A stretch of DNA of 64,000 nucleotides from Basidiobolus meristosporus CBS 931.73 (lineage: Eukaryota; Fungi; Basidiobolomycota). The position numbers and the translations under genes were made by a program. The notes under the pieces were generated by a model, which ran no database searches, was not told where the DNA came from, and saw only the letters and a program-made list of their open reading frames with translations. The stretch is taken from positions 62,001-126,000 of the forward strand of contig MCFE01000114.1 of NCBI GenBank assembly GCA_002104905.1, written 5' to 3'. Below, in pieces: positions 1-11,399 of the stretch. Numbering within the stretch: the first letter of the stretch is position 1; every line of letters starts with the position of its first letter.

Positions 1-237
1 TCTACCTAAGCTTAGCATATCTAGCACTCTCAAGAGCACCAAGCCTAGCCTGCATAGCAAACTTACTCTGCTGCCTTTATAGCCCAACTCAGCTATACAT
101 AAGATCAATATTTGATCAGAACCAATCTGCTAATATTTCTGGCACTCTTGAAAATTCCAAGATTCTACACTTAGTTATCACTTAAGTTCAGTTAACTCAT
201 TCAAGAGTTTTATTACACTTTTATCTTGGATACAACA
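1..237 (+). repeat. 5' LTR (3' part) of the chromovirus
   Basis: Aligns to 3846-4082 with about 22 mismatches in 237 nt (~91%, by eye); ends in TACAACA. Confidence 0.93.
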
Positions 238-249
238 TTTTTTTGTTGA
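238..249 (+). promoter_or_regulatory. Putative self-priming PBS (Tf1/sushi type)
   Basis: No TGG tRNA-type PBS follows the LTR. TTTTGTTGA (241-249) is the reverse complement of TCAACAAAA (3809-3817), which starts 41 nt after the start of TATAAATA in the LTR. Confidence 0.6.
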
Positions 250-277
250 ATTCCATTACATTCAACCATATTACAAT

Positions 278-1447
278 ATGTCTTCAGCAGCAAGCAATCC
301 AAATCTTTCCATGTTGGAAGAAGCCTGCAGAAATCACAAAGAACTAACTGAACAGCTTGAAAACATCATGCATGAAAGAAACACTTTGATGCTTGAGCAC
401 TCAAAGCTTGCCAAGACAAGATCTGACAATCATTGTAGAGATGAACTTCTTGAAGTTATTTCTGGTTACCAAGATGAAATTGGAATTATTAAAGAAGCCC
501 TGGAGAATGTTGCCATTGTAATTGACAGCATTGAAAATCCACCAAGCCTTGCTCAGCATCAGCCACCAAGAAGTCATGCCTTTGGATTCTCCAGATCTAC
601 ATCTTGCTCCAGACCAACTGTGGTGGTTGTCCCAAGATCCTTGCCTCTTTATGCTGAAGGAGTCAATGCCAAAAAGAATCCTACTGAGTTACTTTACAAG
701 TTTAGTCATGTCTTAGCCAAGCACCAGCTAGACCCTGACACTAATTGGGCTAGACTTCTGCCTCTCTGTCTCACAATGCAAGATGCTGACTGGGTTGAGG
801 TGAACATTCCTTGCAATAGTGCATGGAAAGTTGCCCAGAACCTCTTTTGTGACCATTTTGAAGATCCCCTCAAGAAAGCTCATCCAAACTGCAACTTATG
901 GAAAACTACAATGCAAAAAGGTGTATCTGTGCAACACTTCTGTGATAGATTCAAGAGACAAATGAGACTAGCTGGAGTTAGTGGTGACAATCCATTGCTT
1001 ACTTCTCATTTTCTTTCAAACTTTTCACACCAGCTACAGAGCAATATTGCTATTGTCAAAGCATGCAACACTGCATGTACCTATGACAAAATCTCAGAGA
1101 TATGTACACTTGCAATCACCATGACTGCAGCTGTTAGCCAGGCATCAGGCAACTCCATTCAAGATGCAGCAACAACCAGAAAAGAGCGCAGTCATATGAT
1201 TAAGAAGAAGTCAGCTGCTAGCAAGCATTGTGAGTGTCATGGAAGATGCTATCTTTCTACCAGTGAGTGCAAAGGCATCACCAAGCAGTCAAACAAGTCC
1301 AGAAACACATCAGAGAAGCAGCAAAACACCAAAACTGATCATCCATATGCTGATGACAAATGCTTAAATGTGGAAAGATGGGACATAGATCACCTGCCTG
1401 TCCTGAGAAGAACTCTACACCATTGGCAAAAATTACTCAGATTCTAG
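278..1447 (+). CDS. gag: Gag-like protein of the chromovirus (389 aa, frame still open)
   Basis: Starts right after the LTR/PBS and upstream of the protease; N-terminal coiled-coil-like stretch, capsid-like core, degenerate Cys/His knuckle KHCECHGRCYLSTSECK. Confidence 0.8.
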   Translation: MSSAASNPNLSMLEEACRNHKELTEQLENIMHERNTLMLEHSKLAKTRSDNHCRDELLEVISGYQDEIGIIKEALENVAIVIDSIENPPSLAQHQPPRSHAFGFSRSTSCSRPTVVVVPRSLPLYAEGVNAKKNPTELLYKFSHVLAKHQLDPDTNWARLLPLCLTMQDADWVEVNIPCNSAWKVAQNLFCDHFEDPLKKAHPNCNLWKTTMQKGVSVQHFCDRFKRQMRLAGVSGDNPLLTSHFLSNFSHQLQSNIAIVKACNTACTYDKISEICTLAITMTAAVSQASGNSIQDAATTRKERSHMIKKKSAASKHCECHGRCYLSTSECKGITKQSNKSRNTSEKQQNTKTDHPYADDKCLNVERWDIDHLPVLRRTLHHWQKLLRF

Positions 1448-1595
1448 ATGATCATTCAACCAATGATATGACAGGGTATGAGGAAGCATAGGAAGAACTT
1501 ACAGTTCAAGATTTTCACAACCTCTTTGAAATTCCGGCTAAAATGCAACTACCCAAGAAAAGAAGCAACCAATTGCGCAGCTAAAAGCTATAGAG

Positions 1596-3405
1596 GTGCC
1601 ACTCAAACTCAATGGCCAATCATATGTAGCACTACTGGATACTGGATCATCCAGCTCTATTGTATCATCTCATGTAGTCAAAGAACTCAATTTGGCAATA
1701 GAAAAGCAACCAGGAAAAATCATACCTGCAGCTAAGGACCTCTCAGCCCCAAGAATTGGTATCACCAACCCAATCAGCATACACTGCTATTCAATAACTA
1801 TAATCCATCAGAAGGAAGTTATTAACATTCCAGCATAGTCTTTGCCTTGAAGAAGTTTCATCAGTACTTATGGGGTAACCCTTTTACCTTGTACACCAAC
1901 CACCAAGCCCTTGTCTATATCCACACTCAAAAGACTCTGACTCCAATGCTTACAAACTGGCTTAATACTCTACTTGATTAGGAATATTCAGTTATTCATT
2001 GCCCAGGAATCCTCAACATCCTGCCTGACCACCTTTCAAGTCTTTTCCCAACTTCACCTTGGGAGGGACATGTGATTACTGACATAATCAGTAAGCTCAC
2101 TACAACTTCTGAAATAATTCCTCAACTGGATTCAGTAACCTGGAAAATCCCACATACCAATGAAAGGAAAATGTTGATACAGAGGAGTGATATACTTGGA
2201 CGCTTTGGAGCTGACACACTTATGAAGAAGCTACACTCTAATGGATATCACTGGCAAAATATCAAAGCTGACTGCCTAGAATTTGTCAAGTCTTGCAGAG
2301 AATGTCAACTTTACAATATCAGCTGCCATGGATTTCACCCATTGAGTCCCATCCATGCAAGCCTTCCTATGGATCATATTGCAACTGATCTAGCTGGATC
2401 TTTCACCACTAGTGATGATGGAAATCACTACCTCTTTGTAACGGTGGATATCTGCACATGTTTTGTCTTCCTCAAAGCTATCCCAGACAAGTATGCTGCC
2501 ACTGTTGCACAAGCACTATTCAGCTCTTCTGCCTCTTTGAGTTCCCTAAGGTCATTCAATTGGATAATAGAACAGAATTTGTAAGACATATGATCAAAGC
2601 CTTCTGCCTGAATAGCGCCATTAATCACCGTCTGATTGCTCCATATCATCCAAAAGCTGTTGGACTTGCTGAAAGACATGTTCAGACCTCAGTGAACATC
2701 ATCAGGAGATCTATCAAAGGCATCAAGAAGAATTGGGACAAGAACATTCCCACTGTACAGTATGCTATCAACACCAAAATTGCCGCTCTACATGGATCAA
2801 CACCATCTTCTTTGAGGTTTGGAAGAAGATGCCACCACTTTGGGGACTACCAGAATACAGAGCTAGCAAGTTTGAATACAGACAAGCTAAAGAACTGACT
2901 TGAATACCTTACAAATGTTGTCTACCCTGCTATCAGTGCCAGAAGTAAGGCCACACAGCAAAAGATGACTTCAACATAGGCCTCAAGACACAGGAAGAGC
3001 AGCTTTCTAGATGGGTCATATGTTATGACACTAGATCAAATCCAACAATCTAAACTTGATGCCAAATATGAAGGCCCATTTAAAGTTGTTAGACATACCA
3101 CTGGAGGATCTTATGTACCTCAGGACAATACTGGAGCACTGCTACCCAAAAACTTTCCACCTACTTCACTCAAACTTATATCTCAGGACCCAGTTACTTC
3201 TGTATTCTATGAAGCTGAAGCTACTGTTGTCCATGATGGAGAAGAACCAAATTGCCTTTATTTAGTCAAGTGGAAAGGTTGTGATGTCAAACACAACACC
3301 TGGGAACCTTACACCAACTTTGATGATAGTGCCATCATTGACCAGTACTGGAGCCACAGGGGAACCCAGAAGGTATCAGAAAACTCCTCTCCTTGGCGGA
3401 AGTGA
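1596..3405 (+). pseudogene. pol: Disrupted pol: aspartic protease, RNase H C-half, integrase, GPY/F and chromodomain
   Basis: ALLDTGSSSSIV (1596-); IVFALKKFHQYLWGNPFTLYTNHQAL from ~1836; CRECQ zinc motif, DLAGSF, DNRTEF, LAERHV; KYEGPFKV; YLVKWKG..NTWEP. Contains stops and frameshifts. Confidence 0.92.
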
Positions 3406-4082
3406 TGTTGTGCAGCAACATTTAAAACTTGGCCAATTTCACTCCATTAGAAAATCTACTACCCTATCTGATTTTCCCTAACTCAAACATAACTAATCCC
3501 TGTTATGGTTTATTTCATCACTTCTCAGAATCTATTTTTAACTGTCACACCTGATCAATTCTCATGTGGTCATTACATCCTCAACTGATTTGCTAAGCCT
3601 TTCCAAGTGATTAGTCATCTGAGATTTATCCAACCACTTAGCAGTTGCTAAGACATTAGCTGATTAATGATGCAATTTTTCATTTATCTTATGCACCTAT
3701 CAACACCCCAACAGATTTCAATTAGTCCAGTCTCTTGGCACATACTAATGCTACTCAGTAAGAAAACTATAAATAAAGTTTACTGAGCCTTTTGGTCTAG
3801 TGTGCATCTCAACAAAATTAAGAATTCCACAAATCCATTCTAGTTTCTACCCAAGCTTAGCATATCTAGCACTCTCAAGAACACCAAGCCTAGCCTACAT
3901 AGCAAACCTACTCTGTTGCCTTTATAGCCCAAGTCAGCTATATATAAGACCAATATTTGACCAGAGCCTCTCTGCTAATATTTCTGGCACTCTTGACAAT
4001 TCTAAGATTCTGCACTTAGTTGTCACTTAGGCTCTGTTAACCCATTCAAGAGTTTTATTACACTTTGCTCTTGGATACAACA
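3406..4082 (+). repeat. 3' LTR of the chromovirus (677 bp)
   Basis: TGTTG...CAACA termini, TATAAATA at 3768, homologous to 1-237 and 20250-20947. Confidence 0.95.
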
Positions 4083-4270
4083 TATGACAGCCATTTACTG
4101 TTATCCTGCTGGAAAGCATATAAAGTTCATCCAACAATGGATACAGGTAGCTATCCAGGCTGGATGGTGATTTAGGGCCAGAAACCAGTGAGACTACCAT
4201 AAGATTTCTGCTCTGATATTGTCAGATAAGTGGCAGATTCAGGTTGATGAGAATTAGTAGCCAGCAGGGC
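4083..4270 (-). pseudogene. CACTA transposase fragment (insertion target of the chromovirus)
   Basis: Matches 13320-13510 (Transposase_21-like region) of the complete copy. Confidence 0.75.
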
Positions 4271-5084
4271 TTTCTGATGTAAAATAATTTGGTCCCATGG
4301 GTGGATCCAATTCAGATCAGCCATCAGGATCCTGTTTGGGGACTGTATTAATACCAGCAGCATGGAATTTGTAAGCCTCTTATCAATCTTCTGACAGGAT
4401 TACTACAGTGTTTAGCTAGTTTTACTGCCAAATAAAGTCAAAAATGATGAGGTTTGATCAGAGCTGTAGCAATAATTGCATGGCATTGTTGTGGTCTTGA
4501 GGCCCTCCACTACTATTTTAAATGGATTTAACAAGCCAGTACATCCAATTGCCATACATGGCAAAAAACTTGATGATATTTTGATGGCCTCATAGCAAGT
4601 CTCTGATGTCATTATCACAGCAGCATTGCAGCCTACAGCTAGTGCTGTACAGTGCTAATGTACCAATTTACCAAATTGTATTTCCTTTTGCTACCTCCCC
4701 TTGTGGAGGTCATATGTTCCTCAGCAGAATCACCCCTCTTTATTTGCTTACCCACTACTACCTTGGGTATTCCACATACAGTTTGAATCAAAAACCACCA
4801 TGGCCTCCTGCTTACTAACCACTACAAATGTGCACACCTGCCACAATTGACATACTTCTATCACCTCAACTTTACGGCTTTTTAGTGTGATACTTGCAAA
4901 GTTGCCATATACCTTGTATTGCTGGTAACATATATATCTTGCAAATATATACTTGGTTGCCACCACTTCTGCAATGAATACCACCAGAATATCTGCAAAG
5001 AACCTTTTGGAATGTATCCAATATTTTCTTTCTCCCTGCTGGATTCTAGTCCCCCTTATGGGTGCACTCTGGCACTTGTTTGCT

Positions 5085-5959
5085 TCTTTAGCTTCCTAGG
5101 TGCACCAAGTGACTCCAAAGACCTGTGTGTGTCTTGTGCACTACCCTGAAAAGCTCCTTGATGGAAGGTCTGAGATGTAACTGTTGAAGGCAGGTGCAGT
5201 GATCAACTGCTAATCAATAAGGGAGAAGTATTACCAATAGTAGGGATGACTTATTGATGAGGGATTGCTTTCCCTTAAATACTTTTCCTGATTGCCAAGT
5301 GATTACTAATGACAAGGTTCTAGAAGATTCTAGGCATCAGTGGAATTCTTGATGACATCACTATAAGCTAAAAATATGCAAAGAATGTCCTGGAAGGCTC
5401 TAAAAGGCACGGCACATCCAACCAATCAGGAATCAGTAGTCTGAAACCTGTGCAACATAGTAATACCATATATGGTATTAAAATGACAGGGATGGTAACA
5501 CAGACCTAGGTCATGTGTAACTGATACTGATGCAGGTACTTGCCTTATGTAGATACATATACTGATCACAAACTTAAATAACATCTGGGATAACTAATGC
5601 CAATAACTAATCAGGGTAAACATCATTTGGGGATAATACTGATAATATGGGCAAAATAAGAATGGGAAAATATTGATAAGATAAAATATGGATAAGTATA
5701 TCATAATGGCTATATGAATAAACTTGTCTGTGGGAGGTATGTTTACCCTACAACAGCATCTTAACAAAAGTATGTGCTGGGCTCAGTGTCCTTTGAGATG
5801 ACAATGTACTAAAGCTTCCAAAGTCAAAACAAATGTAAACTCCACCAGCAGGGACTTCATAAGAATGCAGCTGTGGTCAATAGTTACATACACAGAAAAG
5901 TATAATAATAATGGCTATATGAATAAACTTGTCTGTGGGAGGTAGGTTACCCTACCACA
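5085..5959 (-). repeat. LTR-like sequence related to family D, with a duplicated ~50-bp terminus (5703-5755 and 5909-5959)
   Basis: Shares blocks with 24808-25480 (e.g. GCACATCCAACCAATCAGGAATCAGT); begins TGTGGTAGGGTAACC on the minus strand; left boundary approximate and no TSD found. Confidence 0.6.
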
Positions 5960-8900
5960 CCGGCATACTTTGGTTGAGTGTTCCTAATGAATATTAGTTG
6001 CTTATTGCACCAAACCCAACTTTGCTTCACTCAACTGATTAACAATACATCAGAGCTGCTTAGATTCTTAATTCCATAGGCATAGGTATCTTCATGGCAC
6101 ATCAGTCCTCAGTATTTTCCAACTCTTCCTGGCTGTCCTCCATGTACCAGCTCATCACATCCATCATGGACTTGAAGGTAATATTCTTGATGAGATTAGG
6201 ATATGGTGGTACCTGCAACTTGCCTTGTCTTCCTATCTCCCCGCACATGTACTCCACAGTACACTCCCAAAAGGTGAAGCAAGGCCCAATATTCTCCACA
6301 AACCATGCAAGATGGAATGGAGAATGGATACAGTAGTGGCGGAGATCTGCACATTCAGCTTTATGTTTGCAGTATAGGCACTCAAATGCCATCATAAACT
6401 CCATGTACAACAGCTGAAGCCCTATGAGAAATCATTGTACTAGTCCCATCCAAAGGCCATCACAAAGGTAAAGACCAGTGACTAAGAGGTACTGATCCTG
6501 TCAGGACACCATCCAGAGACCATTGAAAAATAATTGCACCCCAGATTTCACAAAAACTTTGTCAAAATTTTTCACCACAACAATGTATAAGTGGCTTTTG
6601 AATGGGTCTCTGTCTATTCACTCACTTTCTGATCCTGGACACTCTTTCACCTCCTATGTTTGTGTGCATTGATTGGTTATTGCCTCTTTTTCACACTCCT
6701 TACTTGCTGACTCAACCATTTCTCTTACTTTTCATGCGTATGAATTGATTAATTTCTGTTGAAACTTCAGTTGTACCTCAATTGCTAACTGTATTAACTT
6801 ATATAAGTCCCTATACCCTACACTAACATTAAGCCCAACCCCACACTCAACAAATAACTCCATTAAAATCTACCACTCAATAAGTATTGCTGCTGTAATG
6901 CTCTGGTTCCATGACTTTGGCAGGAGCCCCACAGCTGTATCCCACTGTTAATTCTCTGGTTCCCACATGTCCTGGTCTTCAGCCAGCACTGCAAGGTCTA
7001 GCACCTCATCTGCCAGTCTTTGCAATAAATTCTTGCAATATTCAAGTGCATTTTCTTGAGCACTGCTCTTGCAGAAGTGCTGCAACCTCTTGGTGTGTCA
7101 ACTAATGTTCTAGAATTTCACTGAAGGCATTGTGATGGTTTTTTTGGTTCTTGACATTGTAGGCTTGTCTGTCAGTGGGATCTCTGCTCTTTCAGCATTA
7201 GAGGATGTAGAGGCTGTGGTGGACAAGTTGCCTTTTTCTGCAAATTCACCTATCTAGCCAGAGTGTAGCTCAACTGACTGCGCTTCCAGCTCTTGCAAAA
7301 ACAGCTGTTTTCTAGTAGGTAATTCTTTGTGGATATGAGAGTACTCAGTCTATTCTGGGCTTGCAATTTTAATTGGCAAGAACTGCAGTTTTTTTTGCAT
7401 GCCCACCTGTCTCAGGCTTGGGTAGGCATTTTCCCCTTTACCTTTTCCTTTATCACTGTCAGGTCTTTCACTGCTACATTGTCTGAGGGCTTCTTGTGAT
7501 AACTACATTTTCTCCGTGATAAATTTAGCTTTGATGCATCTGTGTTGGCCTGCTTGTCCCTTGCTAGCACTCTCCTGGCAATCTGATGCTTCTTTTCTGC
7601 TTGTTGCACCCTCTCTACCATAGTTGTGACATGCTCCAGTAAAAGCTGCTGGTTTTTATCACTGCCAGATCCTTCACTACTACTTTGACTGAGCGCTTCT
7701 TGAGTAGTACTACACTTTTTCTTGATAAATACTGTGTTGGTGCATCTGTGCCTTCCTGCTTGTCCCTAATTGGTACTCTTCCATCTACCTGACATCTCTT
7801 AGATGCTTTTCTTGCCTACTCTTCATTAAATCAATGTTTTTTGACTTTGAGGGTTTGGTATAAACACCATATTGTTGTCCTCACATGCTGTGATAGGTTT
7901 TTTTGTAGGCTTTATTGTTGGGCACTGTTGTTGTGCTACAAAGACTGAATGGTGCTCCTCTGCTGTTACATTGGGAAATGGCTCAATTCTTGGCTGTGAC
8001 ATTGAGCTACTTGAGTTCCTTCTTTGCAGCAAAGATACTGCTTTCTCTACCTGTGATCTTGATAGCTCTAAACATATTATCCGCTCATCCTGTGTCTGGA
8101 CCATTTCCTTATTTCTCTGAGCCATTGGATCTATCCTGTCAGCCACTGCACCTAATATCTTCATTAATACTTTGGTATGAGCTGACAGCATACTTGCTAA
8201 TATGGGTTGTGGTCATGTTATGACAGCTACTTGCTGGTCTTCAACTGATGGTACTGCATTTGCTACATTCTCATCTGCCTGAGTATAATGGTCACTTTGT
8301 GGCTCTGCAGAGGTTCTCAATTGCCTATTTGACTGAGAGCCTGAGGAGTCAGCATTTTTACCTTCAGTGGGCACACTGTTAATATGGCCTTTTTGGGAAG
8401 TAGCCCGGCTTGTTGCACTGAATGTCAAAGCAAGCTGTTGTCCCACTATTCTTCTGCTGCCATCAGCAGTGGGGTTTGGTTGGGAACCAGATGAGCTTGC
8501 TTTATTTCTTGGCAGCATAAATATGGAAGTGAGTCAAACCAAAGTGGAAATAGTGTTACATATAGGTGTGTTTGTGGTGCCACAACTTTATTTATAATGC
8601 TGACTATGGTGGGGCATCATTGTATCTTTCATTTGTGTGGGTGCAATGTCTCAAATACAAGACTGTGCTAAACTCACATCAGTATTGACCAAAAAGTGAT
8701 ATTATAGTGTCATGTTGCTGAAGGTCAAACTGTTTGCCCTATGGACAAGGCTACTTTGATTCAATGCTGTAAGAGAAGAGAAAAAAGACCATGTGGCTAT
8801 TGTAGCAAGTTTCTCAACCATAAAGCATGCAGACAGCATAGGAAGTACTACAAGGATCATGGCCAGTGTTTTGCTACACAAGTCATATTTGACCATTTAT

Positions 8901-11399
8901 TGGTCACTACCATACCAACATTATCTTGCCAGCCAGTTGATACTTCTATACTGGCACCTGGCCATCCTTGACACCTTGCACAAGCTGAGTCAGGTGAGCC
9001 TCTGACACCTTTAGGCTCACCTCAGCCTTCTAAATATGGCACACATGGTGATAGCTCTGACAAAGAAGGCTCACTGATGGATTATGAGCCTATCTTTCCT
9101 AAAAACAGTACCACATAGGAGCCCAGTCAAATCCCAATATGCAATGAGATGGTACCTGTTGAAACAAATACCAAGGATACTATATACAACCAAGTGAGCC
9201 CAGTAATCCATCCACTGGTGAATGATGTAATGTTGTGGCCAGAGAAGTGGTGTGTTTTCACTAATATCAGCAATGGGGGCTTTGAGGATTTACTGCTACT
9301 TCTTGCTAGAATCATTCAGGGATGCATCTTGCCATCTATATGGTACAAGTAGACAACTGTTGTGTGGCTGACAACATATGAGCCAGAGACTGTCCTGATT
9401 CCAGCATGTGTTAACAGTTGCATGGCATTCACATCCAAAAATGCTACCATTGCAATGTGTCCAAATTGTCAGGAATCCACCACCATTGAGGGAAAGCATT
9501 GTTGACACTCTGGATATATTCCAGTAATACCCCCTCTAAAGAAGCTAATGCAGTACAACAAATATTGCAAATCTATACACTACCACACTCAGTATCAAAC
9601 AAACACAACCATATCCAGTATATTTGATGGCAAATATTACAGATAGCTAAGAAGCAAGGGCTACTTTGAAGGTATGTATGACCATGCCTTTGCCTTAGCA
9701 CTTGATGGACCCTCATCAAACAAGTACTCTACCAGCAAATCCAGCTGGCCACTGATTATGATCAATGTGAATCTGCTGCCCATCTTATGATATCAGAGCA
9801 ATAATCTGATGGTAGTTCCATTGGTATCTGGATCTAAATCACCATCCAACCTGGATAGCTACCTGTATCCATTGCTGGATGCATCTTATATGTCTTAAAG
9901 TGGGATAGCGGTTAATGGCTGTCATGTAAAAGTGCATATAATTATCTACATTGGAGATACCCCAGCCATCAGCAAAATAGCAGGTTTATCCAGGGACAAT
10001 GGACAATATTGCTGTCAAATGTGTGAGATCCAGGAGATATACTCCATAACTCACATACTTTATTAATACCCAAACATAAGCACAAAGAACATCATCTTCC
10101 CACACAGAGAACATGCAGAAGTCAGCATGCAATTGCAGCAAAGTTGGTAAGCTATAGGTCATTAGCCAGAATATGGAACCAGTTGGAAAACAGAGACACT
10201 TAAGATAGAGGGTATCTGTCAGTGCAAAAGCTTTCCACAGTGAGCAATGCATTGCTTTTTGACAATATCCCTATACTAATGACCAAGTTGTAAATGGGGC
10301 ATTTCAAGCTAAATGAGCCCTTTGAGATACCAGAGAAATTTGAAATAATTGGTAAGATATTACAGAATATCTGCTACCCTAAGTACTTCTCACAGACTCA
10401 AATCAATATTCATATGCATATGCAACAATACAAATGCAAAGACTGGATGAACTGGATATGTATTCATTCAAGTAGTGTCCTGAAGCCCTTCCTACCAAGA
10501 GTACATTGGAAGTATTGGGAGTTGTATGTAGACATTGTAGGAATACTTATCCAGAAGCAAATTACCTATGCCAACTTTATTCTTTTATAACTCATATTTT
10601 TAAGGTATAGAGTTGTGGCAACTGATTCTGCCCAACAATCATAGGACAATTTTTGATCATGGATCATAGATCTTGCCATATCAATTATTGATCTGTTTGC
10701 ATGTTTTGCTAGTTCATCTTGCTGTGGGGAGTATAGTACAGTAGTTTCTTGCGTTATCCCATGAATCTTACAGAAGTGGATGAAGAGTTTTGGGATATCT
10801 TTTCAACCATTGCCAGAGCATATTTTCTTGATTTTTTCACCAGTTTCTCTCTGCATTATGGCTTTGAACTCCCTGAACTTAGACAGAGCTTCTTCCTTTC
10901 TCTCCATGAGGTAGACCCACATGTATCTTGTATGATCATTAATAGAAGTGATTAATTACTTCATCCCACCTCAGGATAAATTTTGCATTAGTCCACACAG
11001 ATCTTGGTTAATTAAATCTAATTATTTCTTAGTTTTGATCAACCCAGAGCATTTGAACAGTTGTCTGACTTGTTTCCCATATATGCATGCTTCACAGTGT
11101 TCCAAATTAGCTGGGGGATCAATTTTTATTCCGGAAAGTAGCTGATCTTTAATCATTTTGCACAAATAATCAAAATTGATGTGTCCAGATCTCCTGTGCC
11201 AAAGCATTAGTGTTTCTTCATTGAAGTTACTTATATTGCCTTCCAAATATGATTGAATATAAGTCAATTTGTATAGATTCTGATCTCTGATACCCAAAGC
11301 AATATGGGCACCATTTTGATCAGTGATCTGGCATACAGACCCTATGAAAAATAATTTGGTCCCGCAGGTGGATTCAATCCAGACCATCTGTTAAGATCC

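Larger units (their letters stand above)
1..4082 (+). mobile_element. Ty3/gypsy chromovirus LTR retrotransposon, internally deleted (no RT), 5' LTR cut by the window edge
   Basis: Order is LTR end TACAACA at 237, gag 278-1447, protease LLDTGSS, RNase H C-half, integrase, GPF and chromodomain, purine-rich tract, then 3' LTR TGTTG...CAACA at 3406-4082. Confidence 0.95.

Noticed and set aside
278-1447. Domesticated host gene derived from gag
   Set aside because: It lies between LTRs in a normal element context; an open frame alone does not show selection.
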